Assembly: GCF_001194135.2 (NCBI RefSeq)
Contig: NC_068990.1
Coordinates: 87,953,525-88,013,230, forward strand
From: Octopus bimaculoides
Lineage: Eukaryota
Length of the DNA stretch: 59,706 nt
Direction of reading: 5' to 3'
The translations under genes were made by a program, and so were the position numbers. Within the stretch, counting starts at the first letter, position 1. Every line of letters begins with the position of its first letter. The notes beneath the pieces are model-generated. The model was not told where the DNA came from. It saw only the letters and a list, made by a program, of their open reading frames with translations, and made no database searches. This document shows, in pieces, positions 13,196 to 26,059 of the stretch.

Positions 13196-15702
13196 AAAAA
13201 CGCACTCACATGCACATATAAACATGTATACACACATTTATATGTATATTTGTATATAGATGAATGTATGTGTATGCACATGTATGTGTATGCACATGTA
13301 TGTGTCTTTGCACATCCTCACACATACACACACACACATATATATATATGAGTTCAGGTGTTTTTGTGTGTATGTGTGTGTGCACACGTATGTGAGTGAG
13401 CAACGATATGTGTGTTTTACCTATGATACAACAAAGTACTCAAACCACATTTGTAGGAAAGTGAGTAGAGCCTGGTATGTTGGGTGGAGAGACAACTAAA
13501 ATACCAAGCTGCACCTGAGGCTTCTCACTCCCTAGCATTGATACTCCACTAATGTTTAAGGTCTGTGTTTTAGATATGGATATACATACTTTAATGTCTT
13601 GTTGGAGTTGCTGCATATTTTTGGGGAGACTCCCTACATTGCTTCCCATGGTGCCTTAGCTTTCTATTACAATTTCAATCATGTCTAGGATGTTTTATAG
13701 GAATGTAAAATTGACTATGATACTTCTGGTTCTTTATTTTAGCAACTCTCAAAGGATGAAACGCAACAGTGGCTTCAGTAGAATTTGAACTCAAAATGTT
13801 AAGATAATATTCTGCAACTCATTTGCCTGTCTCTCTCACTCTATGAAGTGTACAAGTCAATAACATAATAACATTAATGATAATTGTGAAGACCCAAGGC
13901 CAGTGGTTTGGAGGAAGAGGCAGGACCTACTATTTGATTGGTACTTTATTTTATCAACTTCAGAGGAGTGAAAGGCAAAGTTAAGTTTAGCAGGAGTTGA
14001 ATTCAGAGTCAGAACAAATAGTTCAAGCCTCTTTGGCCAATAATCTAATATTTTTGCCAATCCATGTGATGGATGTACCTGGTGTACTCTTATCAGATGG
14101 GTAGTCATGATGGGTATACTGGGCTTTATATATTTTAGCTCAGTGTCACTTTGATGACATCCTTATGTTGCCAGCAGAGATAACAGCTCCCTAGGCTTTT
14201 TCCACCCTGTCCTTACTTGAGCTACCCTAGTTACCTAAATAACAGAAATTACTTCTAGGAAGTCTTGTGATATTTTATTCAGGAAGTTTTCCAAGCATTT
14301 GAAAGAGTTCATATCATGGATCTTTTACGGCTAACTGTTTCTATGACAACTGCTATGTAGAAAGTTCAGTTTTCTCTATCAGCCTGCCTGTGATCTTACG
14401 CACCCTTAGTTTACACAAGGTGCAGAATATGAAATTCTTATGTACACCTCTACTTTTCAGCCATGGTTACTTTCCTAATGGTTACAGAGTCCTGTTTTCT
14501 TTCCTGCTCACTAAGTTCATTTCTTTGCTAGGTTTACTATAAGGCCCCTCTAGGCTTTGCTTTCATGTTTAAAATTTCTTCGCTAATTCTTCAAACAAAT
14601 TCTTCATTTAAAACTAGATCATTGGAATACAGAAGTCTTAACTCCTCTGTTATGGCCTGGAGAACTCTAACAAACAGGAAGAGGGTGAGAAGTAAGCTTT
14701 GGTGGACATCTACATGTATGATTAATTTCTCTGAACTCAAAGCCAACTCTTGCTTTGCTGCCAGCGTATCTGTTCATAACTTGCACAGCTCTCACAAGCC
14801 ATTATTTACAGCTAGTTTCATTCTGACCCGCATATTTCAGAGTATGATACCCTGTCAAATGTTGTCTTCAGGTCAACAAATGCAAGGTACAGTGGATTAC
14901 TCTTAGCTAAGAACTTATCATACAAGTGTTTCATCAAGAAGGGAACATTAGTGGTGCTTCATTCCTACATAAATCCAACTGCCAAACTGCAACAGGATTT
15001 GTGTCACAAAACTCATACAGGTGTGTGTGTGTGTGTGTGTGTGTATGTTTTTCTGTTTCTGTTTAGAAACTTCAGACATACAATATACCTTGTTTATGCA
15101 ACTGCTATAACCTTACCTAAGTGTATCTTCAAACAAGCTTATAAAACCTGCCACTTTCACATTTAGATGTTGTTAACTTCAGTTTAGAATATTGCTCTTT
15201 AATCGCTATAATTACTTAGCTGTATTACTTAACTAATTGTGTTGACAGGATATATTTCTCACGATGTATAAACATTATGCAACATATCAGGCCTTTCAGA
15301 TAAATATATACACAGTTTACATTATATATATACATATAGTTGACATTTGGAGTAACAAATAAGAGAAAGAGTACTCAATACCTGTAGCAGTGGGTTTTTT
15401 TTTTCTACTTGTATAAAGTAGATGACTCATGCAAAACTTTGAGTGAATCATCAAACTGATATACACACACATACACACACACACACATGTGTATATACAT
15501 ATTCATTTCTTCTTCAACTAGTTTCACTCATTCAACTTGGAAACTACCTTCAAAGGTCTTAGTAAAATCAGTATATTTCACTCTGGTACTTATTTTATTA
15601 ATATCTCTTTGTCAAACCACTAAACTAAAAAAACGCATTTCTTCTTCATCACACCATCCATATTGTTTCTATTCAATAACCTTACAACTGTTATGTATCT
15701 GC

Positions 15703-15794
<92 letters not shown>

Positions 15795-17772
15795 ACTCTG
15801 ACTCTCTTCCCATTCCATTGTGTAAAGAATGAAACGATCAAATCACTGAAGTAGTGAGCTTTTAGTCTTACTGGTGATGCAACAATACTTGTGTGTGTGT
15901 GTGTGTGTGTGTGCATGCATGCATGTGTGTATGTTGGTGAAGGTCACATGATAACAGTGCATGCACTGAATTATTACAAATATAACTGATTGATAAAAAA
16001 TGGCAGCTGAACATAAATAAAATACATATGCGCATAAGTGCAGGCTTGATCGTATGGTTACGAAATTTTCTTTACAGCCATATGGTTGTGAGTTTAATTT
16101 CAATGAGAGGTAGCTTGGACAAGCACCATCTACTATAGTTGTAAATTGACTAATACTTTACTTTAATTGAAGAGAAACTGTTTGGAAACTTGTGATAAAA
16201 TACACCTAGGACAATCAATAGTGTAGTTGATGATGAATGGCATCCAACTGTAAGAAGTATGCCAAAAATGGAATGTACAAGCAAAGAGTGTTTCCTAGTG
16301 GGTTGAAGAAGACCGAACTTGGAATATCACAATCTGTCCTACCCATATCAGCATGGAAAAGCAAATATAAAATGATGATCATCATCATCTTCATAACAAC
16401 AGTATTTTAGTAAATCATGACTATTTAAAAATTAAGGTATATAAAAAGACAAGGGAGACACGCTTAATATCTGTTACTTTCTTGAGAAAATATACCTCAG
16501 CTATAGTTTACAGCAAATGCTAGATTTTGGCCCTTTCTGTATTATATAACCTATTCATAAGCATTTTACATTTTATTAAATATTTCAAAAGGATAATTTT
16601 TCAATCTCCATAACTCTTTCAGAATTCTACCATAACCCATAGCTTGGGAGGTGTTGCCTTCAAAGATTAGCAGATAGAATTAGATATGATTTATGATGCA
16701 TTCCATATAGAGATTGAACAAACCTTATAATTTTCAAAGGAAATGATCCTTTAATAGTTGGATTTCTAAATCATTTAGTTCTTAGCATTGCAGCTTTCTC
16801 TCATGAATAAGATATAATGTAAATGTTTCCTTGTTTAAAGAAGAACCAAAATAGCCACAAGGATATTAAATGTTGGACTACCAGTTCAGCAATTTTGAAA
16901 CCAAATCTCCTGCATTTTTTCCATTTTGTATTTGGGTAGTACACTCAATTCCTTTTAATTTAGTTCACCCAACTATTGGGGGAATAAATATCTCTAGATC
17001 ACTTGGGAATGTTACCTGAGATAGTCTGGTATTATATCCAGAGGGAGTGTAGTTATCTCATTTCATTTCATATCTACATGAAACTTAAACTAACCACAGC
17101 CCCACCTTCTAGAGCCCCTGAGTAGCTTAGGAATGAATATAATTGCCAATATTGTTTATTATTGTTCACTTCTACTTGTCTGTGGTGTTTCTTCTCTGAT
17201 TATGTTTTTCCTAAAGTTCTTCTATGCAGATCTTAATGAGGTGGTGATGGTGGATGGCTAATCACATTTCATCAACCACCCTCACATTTCTCTTTCTCTC
17301 AAACAACACTTGCAGCAACTCATCCCAGAAGAGTGTAGTAATGTAAGCCTTCATATCACCTTCAAGATTTCCCTTCTCACCGAAAGTAATTAAAAGAAAA
17401 TCAAAAACAAATAAAACACCTGTCAGGGCAATCCACTAAATGTTTTGCAATAGATACTAAGTGGCTGATATTAATTTCTCCCACCCCTTTAATGGATGGT
17501 GGGGATAGTTATGATGATTAAATACACATGCACTAGTGTCATATAATATGCCGTAAAGTAATGAATTTTGTTTTATATAGCTTTTGTCTTTACTTTGTCA
17601 TTTTGTTTTTGTTTTTTGATTTTAGAAATATTACTTCACAGCCCTGCTTTCATCTTAGTAGAAAGCTCATGTACTTTGCTATTCTCAAACCAACAACCAT
17701 AGGAACTGAGATTATTAAAAAAAGGAAAGCTCATATTTTTACATTTAAAATAAGATACACATATGAATATAT

Positions 17773-18065
17773 GCATGGGTTAATGTTTAAGAAGTTTGCT
17801 CTGCAACCATAACGCCCTGGGTTTGATTCCACTGCATGGAATTTCGGGCAAATATCGTTTTTCTATAGCCTCAAGTGAAAATAATTCAATAAAATAATTC
17901 AAAAGTTCAGCTTCATCAGACACTGTGTCATGCTGGTTCTGACTGAGAACTATATTAAGGGTATGTGTGTCTGTGGAATATTCAGCCACTTACAAGCTAA
18001 TTCAGAAGCAAGTAATTCAGTTACTCAAACAACTGAAACTGCATCATCAAAGCAGCTGAAAGATC
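17773..18065 (+). mobile_element. Decayed SINE (tRNA-like head, family C 3' part)
   Basis: Head gggtttgattccactgcatgg...ctatagcctc; 3' part gtgtctgtggaatattcagccacttac...caactgaaac. Confidence 0.6.
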
Positions 18066-18104
18066 ATCTATGTATATGTATTGCTTGAATATTGTCATTG
18101 CAAT

Positions 18105-18350
18105 ATATCTAACACTCCATCAGTTTTGATGACGAGGGTTCTAGTTGGTCTGATCATCAGAAGAGCCTGCTCATGGAATTAACATGCAAGGGGCTGAGAA
18201 AGAGAGATTCAGCATGATACAGAATGTGACAAGGCTGGCTCTTTGAATTACAGTTGCTACTCATTTTTGCCAGTTGAATGGATTGAGTGGACATCATTAT
18301 ATATTGTATGTTTTCACAGCACATGGATGACACTACAACAAAAGTTTTCC
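18105..18350 (-). mobile_element. SINE family C, inverted relative to 17773-18065
   Basis: Reverse complement cagccccttgcatgttaattccatgagcagg...caactagaaccctcgtcatc aligns by eye with the + copy. Confidence 0.6.
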
Positions 18351-18379
18351 CAGTTAAGTGCAAGTTCTCCCATCAGATG

Positions 18380-18620
18380 AAGCCATAGTGTTACTTCATT
18401 TTGACTTTCTCGGAGTGTTTTCTTCACAGAGACATTGGGGTTGGTACACCATTGCCTTTCCCAACTAGATGGCTGTTGGCCCACAAGGAGGTCATCCACC
18501 CTTCAACAGGCCTTGCTTTTAGTCTTGCTGAGTGTCCAAACACCCACCTTGCAAGAGTCGCAAGCTAATCAAGTTGGGTGGGGTGAGCCAAGTTTAGTCA
18601 CCAATCTCTTGATTATGGAA
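18380..18620 (-). mobile_element. RTE/BovB-like retroelement fragment
   Basis: Minus strand GGGAAAGGCAATGGTGTACCAACCCCAATGTCTCTG resembles the GGAGAAGGCAATGGCAACCCACTCCAG motif of BovB/Bov-A RTE sequences (recalled). Confidence 0.45.
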
Positions 18621-19096
18621 CAAGTAGTTCTGGTTTACATGATACAACAGAATCACTAGAATATTGGGCAAAATATCTTGTGGTATTTATCTATCTCCTG
18701 AATTCAAAATCCGATGAAGTCATCCACTTGTGGTTGATAAACTAAAGTGCTAGTCAAGTACTTGGGTCAATTTAATTGACTAACACTCTTCCCACAAATT
18801 TGAAGCCTTATGCCTTTGATAAAAACTCTTATCATTATAATGTCTATTTTATTATATTGGTAAAAGGGTGGACAGTTTGTTTGGTTAATAGTATAGCATT
18901 TGTTTCAAGCCACAGCATCTGTTGCCATCATTCCAGTTCTCTTTTGTTTCTTCATCTTGGTCTGTATTATTTCCTTAGTCTATCTCCACCACAATAGTGA
19001 ATTAACGGTACTCTTTCATCTAGAATGTGCTCTCTATCAATGCATTAAGTGTCTATACCTGTACAATTTACCTCTCCCTGCACACACTTATGTTAC

Positions 19097-19141
19097 CTTT
19101 GATACCAGACACATTAATTCATTCAAGCTCAGATTTGCACG
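19097..19141 (-). CDS. Candidate minus-strand exon (RANLSLNELMCLVSK)
   Basis: tgtttcatacag|CGT...AAG|gtaaca; 45 nt, only frame 0 open. Confidence 0.25.
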
Positions 19142-19820
19142 CTGTATGAAACATTAAACATCCAACAGATCAGATCAAACTCACACTTCTCTAGCTTTCT
19201 TGCAATGGAATATTTTATATATTATGCATTTCAATTAGTACTTAATTAGTGCTTCTGTCCTAATTTGAAGTAATCTATTAATCAGAGGCCAATAGTGGAT
19301 AATAAACAGAGTATATTGCACATTATAGGTTCAATAGCTATTCTATTTGGCTGTCTGCAATCATTTGTATACAGAAGTATGCAAGCAAATATGTCTTAGG
19401 TTGCAGTATTTGATATATAAACGTAAAAGTGAAATAGTTTTACAGGAAAAGCACTAAGGCAATAGCAGTTATGCACTCACAATCTCGAAGCTCTTAGTTG
19501 TAAGTTTTCTTCTTTAAAATTCCCCAAAACAGTAGAAAATATGAAATAAATTACAATTTAGAATTAACTGAAACATTTTTGTAACAGTAAATGTAAAATA
19601 AATAGAAGTATATGTGTGTGTGTGTGTGTATGTGTGCGTAATCTAGTTAAAAGGTTAACTGCCACCTGTGACTCATTTCTATGGGAATTGTTTCAGGGAA
19701 ACAGGTGCACATGTCTAACAGTTAAACTCTTCAGTAAATTGTATAAACTATTCCATTAGCCTCGAGTTAAGTCCTCTTCATAATTTATGGTCTCCTTTCT
19801 TCATTGAATAAGCATCAGCA

Positions 19821-20177
19821 AAGGCTGGGTAGTAAATAGCTTGCTTACCAACCAGATGGTCCTGGGTTCAGTCCCACTGCATGACACCTTGGGCAAGTGT
19901 CTTCCACTATAGCCTTAGGCCGACCAAAGCCTTGTGAATGGATTTGGTAGACAGAAACTGAAAGAAGTCTGTTGTGTCGTGTGTGTGTGTGTTTGTGTGT
20001 CTCTGTTTGTCCCCTATGACTGTTTGACAACCAATATTGGTGCGTTTATGTCCCCATAACTTAACAGTTCAGTAAAAGTGACCGATAGAATAAGTATTAG
20101 GCTTACAAAGAATAAGTCCTGGGGTCAATTTGTTCGACTAGAGGCAATGCTCCAGCATGGCCACTGTCAAATGACTG

Positions 20178-20180
<3 letters not shown>
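19821..20180 (+). mobile_element. Near full-length tRNA-derived SINE, family A
   Basis: cctgggttcagtcccactgcatgacaccttgggcaagtgtctt...cgaccaaagccttgtgaatggatttggtagacagaaactgaaagaag, then (TG)n, then aataagtattaggcttacaaagaataagtcctggggtcaatttg...ccagcatggccactgtcaaatgactga. Confidence 0.85.
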
Positions 20181-20216
<36 letters not shown>

Positions 20217-20269
20217 CACATATTCATTTGTTTTACATCTGTTTTTCTGTGTTAGCATGGAGTAGAAGC

Positions 20270-20662
20270 ATGTATTATTGAGGCTTTGTTTTGCAGCTGG
20301 ATGCCCTTCCTGTCATTCCCCCTTACTTGTTTGCGAACAAGGTTCCCTTATTTCACATGCTTTTTTAAGGCTTGAAGTGAGTGGACAGTTTCTTGACAGA
20401 AGTGAAAACAACAACACTGCTTATAACAAGTGACTTTTGTAGAGTAGAAATGCAAGCAAACACACAGGCACACACACGCACACACACACATGTACAGACA
20501 TATATGACAGGCTTCTTTCAGTTTCCATTTACCAAATTCACTCACAAGGGCTTTGATAAGCCTAAGGCTATAGTAGAAGATGCTTAAGATACCACACAGT
20601 GGAACTGAACCCAAAACTATATAATTGTGGAAACAAACTTCCTAACCACACAACCATGCCTG
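20270..20662 (-). mobile_element. SINE family A head with RTE-type tail
   Basis: ggcttctttcagtttccatttaccaaattcactcacaagg...ggctatagtagaaga...agtggaactgaaccc is the reverse of the head; cagctggatgcccttcc is the reverse of the RTE-type tail. Confidence 0.75.
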
Positions 20663-20671
20663 TGTAGATAT

Positions 20672-20707
<36 letters not shown>

Positions 20708-22146
20708 TAACTGAAACAGCTTACACTCCTTATTTTATGGTTAAATAGTTAGTAATAAGAAGGGCATCCAGCTGTAAAAAGAAGCTCAGAAATACATAAA
20801 CCATCCTATCTATGCTGGCATGCAAAAATGAATGTAAAAATGCATGCGAATATACACATAAAAAATATCAGGGGGAAAAAAATTTACCAATCAATGAAAA
20901 TAATCAATAATTTATGTATAATATAGAATTACTCGCCCTCTCTCCATTACAAATGTCTCCAACCACAAAAGCAATTATGTTTTTAAATAACTAATTTTTA
21001 CAGAATATTAACATTTTAATTCTGGTTTTGGTCTTGGTTTGTTTTCTTATTTTTGTTGTTTCTTTTTATCTTGTTTTGTTTTTCCCCCCTTCTTCTCCAA
21101 CATTGCAACATGTTCCTAGATATACTGAAATCTTCCATTTTCTGTCGCCTCAAAGCTGGTTTCCATTTTTTTCATTGCAACTTTACAATTAAAAAGTACC
21201 TAAATAAATATATGAATAATCAATAAATATTCATTTCCAGTCTTGAAATAAGCAATTATAAAAACACTTATTAAATGGTTTGTTTTATTGTTTTTGTTGT
21301 TTGTTTTTCACTTAATGTTTGTTAATTGTTAGGTGGAGACAGTTGACACCTCTCACTTGTCTTACATTCGAGCAAAAGAAAGACAAATAAACAATGGTTT
21401 TAAAAAAGAAAAACTGTTTTTAGTTGACAATTGCATTTAACTACCAGTTCAGTGAAGGTCCTGAAGGGGAATTAACAGATATTACTGCCGGAAATATGAC
21501 ATGAGAAAATCAAAAGACCAAGTTTTGGGAAATCGATGTTATAGTCACAGACTCTTCAGCTAGGTTTAAAGAATTTTGTGTGGTGAAGTAATAGTCTGCA
21601 GTATTCAAGATGGTCAAAAAAAGGTCAAGTTCATGAGTTTTAAGTTTATATGCCATGAGATGTTGAAATCTGAGGATGTAGGACAGTTCATCTGCTTGAG
21701 AAAAACTGTTCTAATACATTTTAAGGAGTGCTTCATTGCAAACATAAGGCAAGAGGTGATGAAGGAGGGTAACAAATTGATATGAGATGGGGTAGACTGG
21801 AAATATATTTAAGAATGATAATTTACTGGGTAGGAGTGTTAATTGTTGTAAGGTATAAGATAATATATTTTAAACAGTAAATCACCGAAATTATAGTAAA
21901 TTCACTAGTTTCTTTGTATGGATACAGTAAAGTATAGGTAGGGCTAAATAGTGTGACTGAAATAGATGCTGAGATATAGAGGAACGGTGGTGTTTATAGA
22001 TGATCTGTAACTAGAAGGACATCATGATGTATTGAATAAGTGTTTTAAAGTGCAGGAAGGGAAGGATATAGTTTCATATATATTATGTAAAAAGGAAGAT
22101 TAGTGGGGGAAATGAAAACAGTTGGGTTTTAAGGATATATCTAGGA

Positions 22147-22179
<33 letters not shown>

Positions 22180-22249
22180 CTCTCTCTTTCCTTTCCTGAG
22201 CGTCCAATAATACTATNNNNNNNNNNTGTTTTTTTGTTATTGTTTTTTT

Positions 22250-22301
<52 letters not shown>

Positions 22302-22742
22302 CACATGTATACATTCATACACATCTATGCAGATATACATTATGGGCAAGCTGAGTGGAGATGAATGTGTATTGGGAGTAGGTTATTGATGGACACAGAC
22401 ATATATTTCTATATGATTGCTTTGTATTTCAGTTGTACTGACTAGATAGTACATTATAATGAATTATTGTAATGTTCAATATTTATGGCTGATATTAGCA
22501 CAACAATGAAATATGAGAATTATGACTGGGCAATTGTATGTTTAGTTGTTAACTTGGCATGTGGCCTCTTCAGAAACTTGTGCGGGCCCCAAATGTCCAA
22601 TATTTTCACATGGCCTTTAAAAATGTGCCAAGGCACACTAAAGACCATATAGCCTCTGCTTGGAAATCACTGTGAGTTTTGTGAGTAGATTTGAGTAATT
22701 CAATTATCTATACACCACACCACTACATATTTGTAGCTTTAA

Positions 22743-22954
22743 CCCTTTCGTTAACATATTCATTTTGAGATGCTCAGCATTTCTTTCAATTATTTTAAAG
22801 AATTTAGTAAAATAACTTAGTTATCATTAAGCTGATGTTAGAAACATAAATTGTGACTAAGGTTTGGTGGAAGATTTTAATTCAAAACTTATGAAAACAA
22901 GACATTTGTACTACAGAGCCAGAGCCAGTTTCAGCCAGGTTGGTAACGAAAGGG
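22743..22954. mobile_element. Non-autonomous piggyBac-type MITE
   Basis: TTAA(22739-42)|CCCTTTCGTTA...TAACGAAAGGG|TTAA(22955-58): perfect 11-bp TIR starting CCC, with TTAA target duplication. Confidence 0.8.
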
Positions 22955-24302
22955 TTAATGAAAGATACCAATATTTTGTTTTCTTACTTTTAGGAAATTA
23001 CATGTTGTTGCCGTCATCGGTTACCTAGCCCAATCCTGATTTAGCAGATTTTTTGAGTTTTTTTTTTCAGACATTATGTATAAACAATTGCATTATTATA
23101 AATTTAAAGAAGGAGAACACATTGGATAATATAAGATTACATGTTAGTTCAATATGTTGGTCATCTGAGGTAAATTTATTGGTTACCTACAGTTAATAAC
23201 TTCACCACTTATGGTAGGTATACTGCTTGTCTTAGATAAATAATTTAATTAACTGCCATAGATACCTTAGTTACCTCAGGTACTTCTTTTCTTAATTAAC
23301 TCTCTTAGATATCTTGCTTACCTGCAGTGGTTTTCCTAATTACTTGTATTAGCTAGATACTTTCTTACCTGAAATGGTTTACCTAATTATCACCTTGTTC
23401 ACCTGGGGTGATGTTCTTAATTACCTCTGATAGACACCTTGTTGACCTGTTAACGATATATAACCACTCAGTTTGTTACATATGTTTTTGTAACAATTTC
23501 TTTCTACTCTATTATCTCAACAGTATGCGTTGTGTGGCATTACATGTTCGGTTTTCAAATCACCTGGAATCTTGTAATGAGATAATAATTGTCGTGACTT
23601 TGTATGTGTGTGTGTGTAGGTATGGAAGGTATTATATCACAAGATTTAGGTGTTGAACAGCTACATAGGACAAATACAATTTGTAAACTAAGAAAGGTAC
23701 ATCTGTACATGAGGAGAGATGTGAGTTCTGATATCTACCAATTAAAATACCTGGTTTTTTACGTGCTGTTTAAGACTGATTATCACCAATGTTTTTAACA
23801 ATGTTAACCCCTTAACCACTTTAAATGTTGGACCTTTGAAATGAGTTGTTAATAACACAATGAATTTCCTGATTGTTCTCCTCAACATTACCATTGTTTT
23901 AATGTCCACTTTGTCTATTCTTGCATGAGGCAGACAGAAATCTTTAAGGCAGATTTTCTATGACTGGATACAACTTCCTGTTGCCAGTTCCTGCTTGTTT
24001 CTAAGTAAGGTTTTATTTCCTTATGGCAGGATATTTTTTAGCAAAAGATTGGAAATGAATGAATTATATGACTTGTATAACAGTGATGCTTGTGTACAAC
24101 TATTGCACAATGTCAAGACTAGGATACACAAGCACACACTCACACACACACATGCACACACATACACACACTCACACACACACATGCACACACATACACA
24201 CACTCACACACATACCCCTGCTACACNNNNNNNNNNCACACACTCACACACATACCCCTGCTACACCCCCCACACACACACACATGCACATACATATACC
24301 AG

Positions 24303-24715
24303 TTCAGGTGTGGCTGTGTGATTAAAAAACTTACTTTTGAACCAAATGGTTTGGGGTTCAATTCTACTATCACGCCAGACTGATCAAAGACTTTGAATAG
24401 ATTTGATGAATTTGGTGAATGGAAACTGAAAGAAGGCCATCATAAGTGTGTATGTGTGTGTGTGTGTGTATTTTTGTCTTGACTTCATGTGATAGTTCTA
24501 AGCAAATGTCACTGACATACCAGTAGTGTCATTCATCGCCAGTCTTCTATGAAAAGATGTACAGCCAAGGGTAAATAATACCTACTTGGGAACAGGTGAG
24601 GGTTAACAATCAGAAAGTCATCCAGCCATAGAAAATCTGCCTCAATGAACTTTATTTGACTGACCTATGCAAGCATGGAAAAAATGAATGTTAAAACAAT
24701 AACATATGGGCATTT
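24303..24715 (+). mobile_element. SINE family A head + (TG)n + RTE-type tail
   Basis: gtggctgtgtg...ggggttcaattc...ggaaactgaaagaaggcc...ttgggaacaggtgagggtt...catccagccatagaaaatctgcctc...gcaagcatggaaaa. Confidence 0.7.
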
Positions 24716-25333
24716 TTCAGTTTCTGTCAACCAAGGCTTTGATCAGCCTCAGGCTATAGTTGAAGACACTGTTGAGTCTTGATTCACTAGAGAAAATTAA
24801 CATCTCACAGTTTTATTGCTCTCTTCATATATATTCACAGCAAATGCCTTGTTCCTAATTTAAAATTGACATTTTCAACAATCTTCCCATTACAATCCAC
24901 ACCACAGTTCAGGGAAATAACATCACCCATAGGTTCTGAGTTCAATCCCCATTTAAAGATGGCATTTCAAAAACAACAGGTAAACATTTAAGGGTCATGA
25001 ACAAGGTGGGCTTGGCCCTTTTAGAGTGTCAGGAGCTAATAGGCTAAAATGCTTGGTGGGAGTTCTTGCTCAAGTGAATCTATGATCAGAAGTGTGCCCC
25101 ATCTTAATTTTAAATATGTATTTTTTTACTCTCTTGACAGTAGGCTGCTATTAGTGAGATATTTAGCTGCTGTTTTTAGCTCTCACTTTCACTCAGGTTT
25201 GCTTTGTTGAGCTATAAAATAATTAAGAAATAGAAATATATCTTATTGAGATGAGGCCAACCACAAAATCATAGCATTTTTTTCCATCCCATATTATTCA
25301 ATTACTGGTATGGATAGCCAAGTCAAGACAATA

Positions 25334-25561
25334 CGAGGGGGTGCTAAAAAGTTTCTGGATTTGTATTAAAAACAATACAGGAAACTCAATTAATTATGAT
25401 TTCATTCAACATCTCAGATTTTATTCCCCGCTCAGATCCACACACTTATTGCAGCAGTCCTTCAGGTTTTCTTAGCCCTGTAAAAGAACTCAGAAGGTTG
25501 GGCCTCCAACCAAACCTTTCATGATATCCTTAAAACCAGGAACTGTCCAGCACCCCCTCAT
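25334..25561. mobile_element. Tc1/mariner-derived MITE
   Basis: TA|cgagggggtgctaaaaagtttctgg ... ccaggaactgtccagcaccccctca: imperfect ~25-bp TIRs. A second right end at 25771-25833 finishes in gtaccccctcg|TA. Confidence 0.75.
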
Positions 25562-26059
25562 TTATAAATTTTCAGTACTTGAAAAAGAAGAGGCCAAGTT
25601 GATGCAATGGAATTTGAAATCATAGTTTTAAAGGATGTAACTAAACACCACAAGTTACATCACTTATTATAGCTACTGATCCAGTTATTATATTAATTTA
25701 CAATTTAAGCATTAGGCTACACACAAGTGTAGTCTTATGCCTAAATAATAAAGTGTGCCCACATACATCTAGGCCTCCAACCAGGAATTTCATGATACCC
25801 TTACAGCCAGGGAATTTTCAGTACCCCCTCGTATATTTAAAAGCATTATATTATCATCAAGTATCACAAAACTCAGCGAATGTGAACGGCTATTTTCACT
25901 GATGTGTGTGTGTGTGTGTTTAATAACTCATTGTTACAAACACACACCATACGTAACTACAAAAGTATATGAATCTTGATCAGAATTTCCAACCACAAGT
26001 TTTCAGTTATTCATTTACCTGAGCTTCCTGCTAATTGAATAAGTATGTAAGTGGATGAA

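Noticed and set aside
13590-13649. Minus-strand ATG in a perfect Kozak context (GCACCATGG) with a gtatgt donor: MGSNVGSLPKNMQQLQQDIK
   Set aside because: No phase-compatible downstream exon giving a long frame was found.
14565-14906. 113-aa ORF as a single CDS
   Set aside because: No recognisable domain; at most parts of it are exons (14618-14684, 14841-14886).
22540-22672. Possible hAT MITE right end (ttggaaatcactg)
   Set aside because: No matching left TIR or TSD found.
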